Of a stretch of 49,786 nt of DNA, positions 1 to 8,518 are shown piece after piece (the first letter of the stretch is position 1; each line of letters begins with the position of its first letter). The stretch covers positions 1 to 49,786 of the forward strand of contig JAHQWL010000031.1 of NCBI GenBank assembly GCA_029856155.1, given 5' to 3'. This stretch comes from Promethearchaeia archaeon (GTDB taxonomy: Archaea; Asgardarchaeota; Lokiarchaeia; Sigyniarchaeales; SOKP01). The translations under genes and the position numbers were made by a program. A model generated the notes under the pieces. It worked only from the letters and a program-made list of their open reading frames with translations, was not told the DNA's origin and made no database searches.

Positions 1-2
1 CA

Positions 3-773
3 ACTGATCAAATTCAAATTTCAGAACTGCCTAGTAAAAAAAATTCTGTAATTAATTTAAAGTTTGATAAAAAGCCCTCTAAATTACCACAAGAAGTCAT
101 AGTTAAAATTTTTAGAACTGAAAATATAGCAATTGAGTACAACATTTTAACTAGGCTTTGGAATCAAGGTTTTCATGTTCCAAGTATTTTATTTTTTCAT
201 AATCCTTATTTATTCCTCGAAAAAGTTGATGGTACAAATTTATGTGATTTTATCAATGAAAGATTAAAAGGCACCAAGCACTTAGATGATTTGGAATCTG
301 AAGCAAGAACTCAAATTGTTAATAGTATAGAAAAACTTGCTGAGTTTATTGCTCAATTTCATGAAAAAAATTTTGTCAGAAAAATGCATGAAGAAAAAAG
401 AAAATACGTTCTTTGTAAAGGAGATACAAGGCTTAGGGATTTCATTTATGATTCTATGAATGATAATTTGTATGCCGTTGATTTTGAGGATGCATATGAG
501 GGTAATCATATGGATGATTTGGCTTGGATATGCACTTCCCTTCTTGATACAGATCCAGGGATCTTTGAAATGGAGGAACCAAAACATAAGGTTGACCTGA
601 TAAACATATTCCTTAGAAAATATTACCGAACTAATCCAAAATTTTCTTTTGACTTTAATTATTTAGCTGAGAAGATAATTGATAATTTAAATATAGTTAT
701 AGAAAGGAGAAATCTTCCCTATGGCACTATCAGCAGAACTCTTTTTCTAGATGATATTTCTAAAGAAATATAA
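3..773 (+). CDS. Protein-kinase-like phosphotransferase (APH/Kdo/Bud32-like), 5' end outside window
   Basis: Frame is open from base 3 (TDQIQISELPSKKNSV...VIVKIF...E...HVPSIL...LFLEKVDG). It has a catalytic-loop-like LCKGDTRLRDF, a metal-binding VDFE and a downstream DDLAW. The ORF-track TTG start at 291 is internal. Confidence 0.75.
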   Translation, partial: TDQIQISELPSKKNSVINLKFDKKPSKLPQEVIVKIFRTENIAIEYNILTRLWNQGFHVPSILFFHNPYLFLEKVDGTNLCDFINERLKGTKHLDDLESEARTQIVNSIEKLAEFIAQFHEKNFVRKMHEEKRKYVLCKGDTRLRDFIYDSMNDNLYAVDFEDAYEGNHMDDLAWICTSLLDTDPGIFEMEEPKHKVDLINIFLRKYYRTNPKFSFDFNYLAEKIIDNLNIVIERRNLPYGTISRTLFLDDISKEI

Positions 774-967
774 TCGTCTATTCCTATCTTAAAGATTAAT
801 TAAAAATATCTTATCTTTGCCAAAACACTATATTAATACTGAAAATTGTTAATTTAATATTCAAATCTGTAAGATTAAGTTTTTAATAAATCGAATGGTT
901 TAATATTTGGTAAATGCAATTAATTTATTATATAAAATTTAAATTTAAATAGAAAAGTTGTAAAAAA

Positions 968-1498
968 ATGGGAAGTAAAACATCATTGGGAGTGTTCTTT
1001 GCCTTAATTATTGGGCTTAGTGGTTTAGGAATTGGGATATTTTCATTCCTGAGAATTAATCAAATTGCTACGCAACCACAACAACTTAAAATAGGCTTAA
1101 AAGTATATGTAAATGTAAGTTATGATGAATCTGATTTAGCGACTCATATAATAAATTTTGAAAATAAAAGTTATGATTATCATAACGATTTTAATCTAGC
1201 TACGGATGTATTTACTGTACCAATATCTGGAGATTATCTTATTATAGGAACAGTAACTATCTCGGTTCTACAAGACACAGAGATATTGCTGGTCTCAATT
1301 TACGTTAATAATGTTAAAAAAGCCGAAGTTATTTCTCATGCTTCTACAAATCACCCTACTTCCGCTACTGTTACAGATATTCTAAGTTTATCTGCCGGTG
1401 ATGAAGTAACTCTTAGAGAATTTTTTTACGCATCGAATGTCAGAGAAATTCAAAGTGGTCAAGAAGCTACATATCTTACAATATACAAATTAGATTAG
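968..1498 (+). CDS. Membrane-anchored C1q/TNF-like globular domain protein
   Basis: N-terminal TM helix, then the C1q pattern INFENKSYDYHNDFNLATDVFTVPISGDYLI...IYVNN...ILSLSAGDEVTL...TYLTIYKL. Confidence 0.75.
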   Translation: MGSKTSLGVFFALIIGLSGLGIGIFSFLRINQIATQPQQLKIGLKVYVNVSYDESDLATHIINFENKSYDYHNDFNLATDVFTVPISGDYLIIGTVTISVLQDTEILLVSIYVNNVKKAEVISHASTNHPTSATVTDILSLSAGDEVTLREFFYASNVREIQSGQEATYLTIYKLD

Positions 1499-1636
1499 GC
1501 AATTTAGATAATTGAATATCCAATTTAAGTTCTAATAATATTTATTTTTTTTATCTTTCTAAAAATCAAAATTTAATAATACTCACACTATTATTTTATA
1601 AAAATTAATAAAATTTTATTGAAAGGAGAAATTAAC

Positions 1637-2383
1637 ATGAGTCTTACTGATACCAAATCATCTTTAAAGAAGATTATTTCTATTATTGAAGAACTTAATG
1701 GATTAAATTCAAATTCAATTCCTAAATTACAAACTCAACCAACCAACCTACTCGAACAGATAGGAAAACTTGAAGAAGCCAAAACAAATGATTTAAGAAC
1801 TATTGAATCTAATGATGATGAAATTAATTCTTTAAAAAATAAGATTTCTCAAAATCAAAGGGATATTGCCTCATTAGAAGAAAATAATGCTGAACTCCAT
1901 AATCAACGACAAACTCTTCTTGACAAAATTCAAGATGCACAAAATGAATTAAATGAAACACAAACAAAAATCACTGCACGAAGGGAAGAGTTAGCAACTC
2001 GCAGCAGTCGATTAGATCAATTAGAAAATAGACTTATAGAATTAAAAGATATTCAAGAGAAATTCGATAATAAAATGAAAGAACTTGAAACTCAACTTCA
2101 AGAAGAATATAATAAAAAAGAGAAATTTAGTAATTCATACGCTATGCGAACCGCTGCGATGAAGTCTCTGATCAAAGCTGGTTATGTACAATCTGCCCAA
2201 TTAAAACTTATTCAAGCATTGCAGCCTAATACTACTCTTGAACTTAAGGGCATTGTTCAAGCGATGGGTTTAAGAGAAGATGTAGCAAAAAGTATACTGA
2301 CAAAAATAGTTCAAAAAAATGGACCAATTGAATATGATGAGGGAAGTGGAACAGTAACATTAAAAGGGGAGGTTGATTTCTAA
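1637..2383 (+). CDS. Long coiled-coil protein with C-terminal winged-helix-like domain
   Basis: ATG at 1637 follows AGGAG. About 170 aa are heptad-like and rich in E/K/L/Q/N. The C-terminus has a helix-turn-helix plus hairpin (LELKGIVQAMGLREDVAKSILTKIV...IEYDEGSGTVTL). Confidence 0.7.
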   Translation: MSLTDTKSSLKKIISIIEELNGLNSNSIPKLQTQPTNLLEQIGKLEEAKTNDLRTIESNDDEINSLKNKISQNQRDIASLEENNAELHNQRQTLLDKIQDAQNELNETQTKITARREELATRSSRLDQLENRLIELKDIQEKFDNKMKELETQLQEEYNKKEKFSNSYAMRTAAMKSLIKAGYVQSAQLKLIQALQPNTTLELKGIVQAMGLREDVAKSILTKIVQKNGPIEYDEGSGTVTLKGEVDF

Positions 2384-3111
2384 TGGGTTCACAGGAAATT
2401 TTGGCATTAATCGAACAATTTGAGACCGCTTATGATACTTACTGGCAGGTTCTTCAAAAGCATAACGAAGAAGTGCTTTCGCAGTTAAGAGAAGCATGGC
2501 GTTTCATGCAAGCAGAACAAAAGGAAGAAGAAAGTATCAAAGAAAAATTAGGCTCTCAAAATTCAGAACTAACAGAATTAAGAACAAAGTCAGAAGAATT
2601 AGATAGAACTATTGAAGGATTAAAAGCTAAAAAGGATGAATTAACTTCGAAGATTTCTGAATTAACAAATAATTTAGAAACCAGTGTCAATGATTTAAAG
2701 AAACCGGCGTTCGAACTTACACAGCTTGAGGAAAAACTTGCAGCTGCTAATGAAAAGATTACAGCGAAAGAACAAGAGAAAACTATACTTGATCAAAAGA
2801 CAGTCGAAAATGAAAACCGAGAAGTAGAGTTAAAAAATACCTACCAGAAAAAGATGGATGAACAAGAATCTAAAATTGATCAATTAAGACAAAAGAATTT
2901 CTTTACGTCCTTTTTGATTGAAAATTCAGATGAGGAGATAATAGAAGTCGATATCCTCGCTACTATCATGGATAAGGGAGAAGCTAAATTAGATGATTTA
3001 AAGAAACTTCTTGATGTTCCACCAATAATGGCGGTTCGTACAATAAAACAATTAAGTGTACGGGGTATACTTAATCTAGACGAAAATAGTGGAAAGGTAA
3101 CTCTACCCTAA
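2383..3111 (+). CDS. Long coiled-coil protein with C-terminal winged-helix-like domain, coupled to upstream gene
   Basis: TAATG overlap with a GGAGGT SD. Coiled-coil body followed by AKLDDLKKLLDVPPIMAVRTIKQLSVRGILNLDENSGKVTL. Confidence 0.7.
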   Translation: MGSQEILALIEQFETAYDTYWQVLQKHNEEVLSQLREAWRFMQAEQKEEESIKEKLGSQNSELTELRTKSEELDRTIEGLKAKKDELTSKISELTNNLETSVNDLKKPAFELTQLEEKLAAANEKITAKEQEKTILDQKTVENENREVELKNTYQKKMDEQESKIDQLRQKNFFTSFLIENSDEEIIEVDILATIMDKGEAKLDDLKKLLDVPPIMAVRTIKQLSVRGILNLDENSGKVTLP

Positions 3112-3342
3112 ACTGGTTTTAATTATTTTTTCTATTTTTATTTCTTGAATTTACAGCTTTAAGCGAATATTCAGTAATAGCTATTTTTTAACATCTATAA
3201 ATTTTACATATAAATCTGATATCCTAATAGAAAATTTTTTATTTGGATATACTTATTTAAACTCTTATAAACGAAATCTTTTGAAAATTCTAACTTTAAA
3301 ATCATTTAAAAATTCTAAAAAAATTAAAGAGGGTGATAAAAT

Positions 3343-3840
3343 ATGGGAAATTCTGGAAAGATACTTGGGTTAATTGCTCTATTAATCGCAATTGGGGCAT
3401 TAGGTTTAGGTGTATATCAAACATTTTTCACAATACCTGATGATGGACCAGAAATTTTTATCGTATCAAATGAAGAAATTATAAATCTAGATACTGGTGG
3501 TTGGAAAGATATTCCTAAACTTAATATTACCTATAACACTGAAGTGGGTGATCTTGTCTTATTTGAATATACATGTCAATATAAATTAGACATTATTGGG
3601 ACTACTTCCCTTCAAATTTGTTTTTTTATTGACAGTGTAAGGATAAATATTGAATATTATATTTATATTATTGGTGTGAATGCAGAAGATTCGCAGGATA
3701 TATATAACTCCGGTATTATGAAGTATTATATCCAATATAGTAGCACGGGAGCGCATACTGTAGGAGTTACTACCTGGATTGACGATAGTTTTACCGCTAC
3801 ATATGTAACTTCTAGTGTTCTAAAGGTCGAAATTTATTAA
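3343..3840 (+). CDS. Membrane-anchored beta-sandwich (jelly-roll/C1q-BclA-like) protein
   Basis: GGTGA SD. The N-terminal TM (MGNSGKILGLIALLIAIGALGLGV) resembles that of 968..1498. The C-terminal domain is all beta (WKDIPKLNITY...GAHTVGV...LKVEIY). Confidence 0.6.
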   Translation: MGNSGKILGLIALLIAIGALGLGVYQTFFTIPDDGPEIFIVSNEEIINLDTGGWKDIPKLNITYNTEVGDLVLFEYTCQYKLDIIGTTSLQICFFIDSVRINIEYYIYIIGVNAEDSQDIYNSGIMKYYIQYSSTGAHTVGVTTWIDDSFTATYVTSSVLKVEIY

Positions 3841-4038
3841 TTCTTCTCAATATAGTTTATTTTTTTTTCATTTTTTCCTAATTTTTTCATTTTTTTATAT
3901 TATAAAGATTATAAAAATTAAACCTTAGTCTCCTTCTTATTCTTTTTAATTAGTTTTCTACAATAAATTAACAAATTGAAAAATTTTATCTTATATTAAA
4001 TATTGAAATTGGATTCCTTTTTTCAACTATTGAAATAA

Positions 4039-4938
4039 TTAATCCTTAATTTTTGCATAAACTATGCAATGTGTTCCATTTACTTTCCCCAGGATATTGC
4101 CGTTTTTGTCCTGAAAATGCTTCTCTTCTAACTTGTGGGAATCCATATGCTCTATTAATTCTAATCCTCGTTGTTGAAGAAAATTATTAATACCTCCCTC
4201 AGCTATTCCAAAGGTCCAGCCTTCACCAGACTTTTTAACTCTTTGATATATTTGTTGTTCTCCATAATACAAATTCTCTTCTTCAAGAACTGATTGATAT
4301 ATATAATCAAAAACAGCTTCACTTCCCATACCAGCACTTTCGGTGATGAACTTAAAATCCTCGTTGATTGCAGATTCATTCAAATACATAGTAATTCCTT
4401 CGAGTATATAGAGTGTTTTTTTATCATATTGGAAACCAGCTGTTTTAAGTTTGTTCTCGATCTTCTCGGTATTAAAATCTATTTCAACAAATATAATCTT
4501 TCCAGGGTCTATTTTTCGCTTTTTGTATTGTTTTAATTTGTCAGATATAGTGGTTTTTACATCTAATTCAAAAATACGTGTCTTTTCATTTCCATCAATA
4601 AGACGAATACCACGAGAATCAAAACCCGCTCCAAAAAGAAGGATCTGGTCAAAATTATTTGAAATTGCATTTAAGAAAATTTCATCAATTATTTTCGTTC
4701 GAGCAATAACATATTCATAAATTCCCTGTGGGCCTACTTTCTTAAGAAGAAGAGATCTCATCCGTTTAGATTTGATTAAAAGGTGAATAAATTTGGGTAA
4801 TAACTTGAGAGCTATATAATCATTACTCTTATAATTTGGTGATTTCTCATAAAATGAAGATGCTCTGGAAACACAAGTCATAGCGGCTGTTCTAGACGAC
4901 TTTTTCTCGATCCGTCGTTTAACTTTTCTTGAATCCAT
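4039..4938 (-). CDS. SAM-dependent methyltransferase, leucine carboxyl methyltransferase (LCM/YktD) family
   Basis: Motifs TA...RA, ARTKIID, LFGAGFDSR, FELD and ILEGITMYL. Confidence 0.85.
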   Translation of the reverse strand: MDSRKVKRRIEKKSSRTAAMTCVSRASSFYEKSPNYKSNDYIALKLLPKFIHLLIKSKRMRSLLLKKVGPQGIYEYVIARTKIIDEIFLNAISNNFDQILLFGAGFDSRGIRLIDGNEKTRIFELDVKTTISDKLKQYKKRKIDPGKIIFVEIDFNTEKIENKLKTAGFQYDKKTLYILEGITMYLNESAINEDFKFITESAGMGSEAVFDYIYQSVLEEENLYYGEQQIYQRVKKSGEGWTFGIAEGGINNFLQQRGLELIEHMDSHKLEEKHFQDKNGNILGKVNGTHCIVYAKIKD

Positions 4939-5120
4939 AAGATCTAATATAATGAAGGAATTTTTATCTTTTAAATTGAATCGATTAATTAATGATAAAG
5001 TCAGTGAAATGAATTTAAACAGCTTTCTAAAAAAAATTATAGAAATTTAATAAAGAATTTAAATTATCGTTATTTCCTACCAAACATAACGCTATAAAAA
5101 TTAAAAAAAATCTGAATAAA

Positions 5121-6338
5121 ATGAATAAAAAAGACATTATAATTGGAGTTTTACTTATAGGAATCGTTGGCATATCTGGTGGCTTAGGATATCTTTTAAT
5201 TGCAGGACCTGAAATATTTGGTCCACCTTCAGAAGGACCCACAAATCTATTTGGTCTACCAGATGACTGGAGTACAGCACCGAATGCATCCTATTTTATG
5301 ATCTATAATCAAACTGGAGCTTCTATAAAAGTAACATTGAAAGATATATTAGATGGTGTTGCCTTAGCTATAGAAGAACAAGCAGCAGAAGGACCAGAGA
5401 TTAATGCGTATAAAGATATTATATATCCTTATACATATCTAGATCCAGGAACTGGGCTTTATATAACTGGCGTGGATTTATTAGATATTTTAGAAAAATA
5501 TGACACTAATTTCGGTTGGGACTTAACTATTACTTCCAGTTATGGTCATACATTAGAATTAACGACGGGTGAACTCATTTCAAGAATGTATCATGGAGAT
5601 GAAGATCCTATTATTGTAGCTATTGCTGCAAATAAAGAATGGTTAGGAGAATCTCCATTAGGCCCAAATTGGGGTAATTTTACATTCATTGGCAAACAAT
5701 TTCCTTCAGCGATATATGATATCTCTCAAGTTGAGGTAATGAGCAATTGGACTGTTGAAGTAGTTGTAAATGGAAATGTGAATTACACAATTGATCAAAC
5801 TAATATGATATTAAATGAATATGACGATGAATACCACTATGACAGAGAGGATTGGTGGGATTTTCATAGACACTATTGGGCAAGAAATATTTCGGAAATC
5901 ATATCTCATACATCTGCAGCTGGTAAAAATTATACTGTTAGATTTTGGTCTGCTGATGAATGGGCGACTCCATGGCCATTCGGTGGAAAGAAAGAACTCA
6001 GATATAATAATACTCACGTAGAAGAAGGAATAATTCCTCCTTATCCTCAATGGGCTGATGGGTATTTAAACTCAACTGCAGATTTAATTAATGAGACTTT
6101 AGTTCCAATGCCTGAAACTAATCTTTTGATGGCTTTAGTCCATGCTGATCAAGAACTAGGAGAATCAGGACAAGGAATTACAGATCCTATCTGGCCATAT
6201 AGACGAACATGTGGTTATCATCGAGGACCGTTTTATTTAATTATTCCAGGAAGGCCAAGAAATACGTATCTCTCACATATTGTTCGAATAGAAATTACAT
6301 CATATACAGGACCAATTCCATCGGGGTTTTACCTATAA
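5121..6338 (+). CDS. Membrane-anchored extracellular protein with two degenerate sulfite-oxidase (molybdopterin-binding)-like domains
   Basis: N-terminal TM and many N-x-S/T sequons. Domain 1 is ITGVDLLDIL...TSSYGH...IIVAIAANKEWL; domain 2 is WTVEVVVNG...VRFWSADEW...LMALVHAD...GPFYLIIPG...LSHIVRIEI. These match 11374..12423 (WKGVPIKDLL...FYAADDY...LLAYEMNG...GFPLRLVAP...VKWVVRMEI) but lack the Mo-ligand Cys. Confidence 0.55.
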   Translation: MNKKDIIIGVLLIGIVGISGGLGYLLIAGPEIFGPPSEGPTNLFGLPDDWSTAPNASYFMIYNQTGASIKVTLKDILDGVALAIEEQAAEGPEINAYKDIIYPYTYLDPGTGLYITGVDLLDILEKYDTNFGWDLTITSSYGHTLELTTGELISRMYHGDEDPIIVAIAANKEWLGESPLGPNWGNFTFIGKQFPSAIYDISQVEVMSNWTVEVVVNGNVNYTIDQTNMILNEYDDEYHYDREDWWDFHRHYWARNISEIISHTSAAGKNYTVRFWSADEWATPWPFGGKKELRYNNTHVEEGIIPPYPQWADGYLNSTADLINETLVPMPETNLLMALVHADQELGESGQGITDPIWPYRRTCGYHRGPFYLIIPGRPRNTYLSHIVRIEITSYTGPIPSGFYL

Positions 6339-6347
6339 ACAAAAACA

Positions 6348-6370
6348 ATTTATTTTTTTTTTTAATTTAT
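6348..6370 (+). terminator. Oligo-T tract, archaeal-type terminator candidate
   Basis: Long T run just after the stop of 5121..6338. Similar tracts follow 1498, 3111, 3840 and 32622. Confidence 0.4.
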
Positions 6371-6400
6371 TGTAGTAAAAGTCAGAAGTAATGAATAGAA

Positions 6401-7300
6401 ATGAAAAAGCGAAATATCTTAAGATTATTTATTATTATATTTTCACTCTTAATATTAATTAGTATTAAATTTCACTCAGTTAATGCTTTTCCCCCTGATG
6501 GAGATTGTAAGGATTATCATAAAGTTGTAAATATCATCCCATATTATGAAAAATCGGCTTCCATAAATTTAGACGGATTACCTAATGAAAATTTTTGGAC
6601 AGTGCATACTCATGAAAATGAAAATGGAACGTTGATAATTCCCTTAGCTTCTGAATCTTATGGTCCTGATTTCTTCGTAGTATACCTTAACATGACTTTT
6701 GTATTAACAGCTACTTATCTTTATGTATTATGCCAGTGGTCTGACAATTCAACAAAACCAGATCTTGGTGCAAGTATTTATGATGGGTTATATTTCTGTT
6801 GGAATATAAATGTACCAAATTTTTCATCATATTTTCCAACTGGAATGAGTACTTTAGATATGGGAGGTGGTGATGTAGATAGCTGGGATTGGTCATGTTT
6901 AATCTCATCTCCTCCTAACGGTTCATCCTATTATTGTCGGGATAAATGTTTTGGTACCTACGTGTGGTATAGTCCAAGTTTAGAAACTGAAGATGTAGAA
7001 GTTGCTTATACGTATAGGACAAATACCTCATATACACTTGAGATTAAAAGAAAGCTAATTACAAATGATCCTTATGATGTTCAATTTGATCAATCTAAAA
7101 TTTATAAGTTTAATATGGGAATTATGGATGATGGAAACCATGAAGATCACGCAATATCTTGGACACATGCACTAGACTTAAGATCTCCCGAATCCTCAGC
7201 AGTAATACATGCCTATAATATTATTATAATTTTATCATTTTCAGCAATAGCTTTAGTAATTATAAAAGGAAATATTAAATATAATATCAAAAAGAGTTAA
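6401..7300 (+). CDS. Secreted ethylbenzene-dehydrogenase-gamma-like (DOMON) heme-binding protein with C-terminal sorting tail
   Basis: Signal peptide, then INLDG...W, LYVLCQWSD, GMST (Met ligand candidate), DSWDW, YTLEIKRKL, DVQF and HEDHAIS (His ligand candidate). Ends in IHAY-TM-basic tail. Confidence 0.7.
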   Translation: MKKRNILRLFIIIFSLLILISIKFHSVNAFPPDGDCKDYHKVVNIIPYYEKSASINLDGLPNENFWTVHTHENENGTLIIPLASESYGPDFFVVYLNMTFVLTATYLYVLCQWSDNSTKPDLGASIYDGLYFCWNINVPNFSSYFPTGMSTLDMGGGDVDSWDWSCLISSPPNGSSYYCRDKCFGTYVWYSPSLETEDVEVAYTYRTNTSYTLEIKRKLITNDPYDVQFDQSKIYKFNMGIMDDGNHEDHAISWTHALDLRSPESSAVIHAYNIIIILSFSAIALVIIKGNIKYNIKKS

Positions 7301-7308
7301 CTTACAGA

Positions 7309-7872
7309 ATGGAAAAAAGAAATTTCAATATTATGGTTATGAGTGTTATAATTGGAATGTCAGTGTTTTGGTTAAGTCTATATGCATTTATTATTTTAGA
7401 CATTGATCCATTATATCACATTAAAACCACATTTGGGGGAGAAGATACAATAATCCTTACCATAAAAGGAAATGTAAATAGAGAATTAGAGTTATCTATA
7501 TCTGATATTAAATCTGATAAATATCAACAAGTAAAGGATAGAACTTTTCATTTTATAAATGCTATAGGGAGTGAATTTGACGAGGTATACTCTGGTGCAT
7601 CATTATGGAGTATATTCGAAGAGGAAAATATATTAAATGAAGATGCTTCAAACTTCCTTTTTATAGGAGGAGATGGTTACTGGGCTGAAACTTATCTACC
7701 CTTAAATCTTGCTGAAAACCATACAGAACAAATAATTGTAGCTTATGAAAAAGACGGAGAACCAATCTATTATGATGGACCACTTAGAAGTATTGTAGAT
7801 CATGAATTAATTCCCGAAAAAGCAAATACTCATTATGCGATAAAATATTTAAAAACGATATTAATTCAATGA
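7309..7872 (+). CDS. Membrane-anchored molybdopterin-oxidoreductase-fold protein, Cys-less
   Basis: TM, then LTIKGNV, YSGASLWSIF, GGDGY, IIVAYEKDGEPI, GPLRSIV and IKYLKTI. The protein contains no cysteine. Confidence 0.75.
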   Translation: MEKRNFNIMVMSVIIGMSVFWLSLYAFIILDIDPLYHIKTTFGGEDTIILTIKGNVNRELELSISDIKSDKYQQVKDRTFHFINAIGSEFDEVYSGASLWSIFEEENILNEDASNFLFIGGDGYWAETYLPLNLAENHTEQIIVAYEKDGEPIYYDGPLRSIVDHELIPEKANTHYAIKYLKTILIQ

Positions 7873-7885
7873 ATTTTAAGAAAAA

Positions 7886-8512
7886 ATGAGAAAAGAAAAT
7901 ACAGACACAAATGAAATTGATTTAAAAGATGGTTATAAACCGTCAGGATATTTACATGAAAAGACTAAAGGTCTAACGCTTCTAGATCTTCTCTATTCAA
8001 CAATAATAGGAGTAATGGGTGGAATCATATCTAGTTTAATCCCATTTTCTTTATTAATAAAAGTTTGGTACCCATTAACTGGTGGTACACAGCTAGTAAG
8101 TGGACATCATGTTATCTGGGCGACAATAGTCTATGGTTTAACTCGGAAAAAACCAACGATAATGTTAATTATGATTACTAAAGGAATTCTAGAGTTTTTA
8201 TTTGGAGATGCATGGGGTTTATTAATTATTCTCGTGAACTTGATGGAGGGGTTCTTCTTAATAATTGGGTTTGAGTTAATGGAAAAGATTGGAGAAGGAG
8301 AAACTAAACTTGGATGGGCTATTGCAGGAGGATTTGGCAACTTTTTTCAAGCCCCATTTTTCTGGATTATTAATCAACGCTGGTATTTACATTGGGTACT
8401 TTGGGTTTTGGCTTTTATGTTTGCCTTTATATCAGGGATGCTAATAACAGGATTATTAGGTAGAACAGTGAAAAACTATTTGATTAAAGCGGGGGTACCT
8501 ACTACTTTTTAA
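7886..8512 (+). CDS. ECF transporter S component (YkoE-like)
   Basis: About 200 aa with 5-6 TM helices, LTLLDLLYSTIIGV start and C-terminal LIKAGV. Lies directly upstream of ECF A and T genes. Confidence 0.75.
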   Translation: MRKENTDTNEIDLKDGYKPSGYLHEKTKGLTLLDLLYSTIIGVMGGIISSLIPFSLLIKVWYPLTGGTQLVSGHHVIWATIVYGLTRKKPTIMLIMITKGILEFLFGDAWGLLIILVNLMEGFFLIIGFELMEKIGEGETKLGWAIAGGFGNFFQAPFFWIINQRWYLHWVLWVLAFMFAFISGMLITGLLGRTVKNYLIKAGVPTTF

Positions 8513-8518
8513 AATGAG

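Noticed and set aside
1619-3111. SMC/Rad50 or ESCRT-III call for the coiled-coil pair
   Set aside because: No Walker motifs, hinge or zinc hook, and no recognisable Snf7 pattern.
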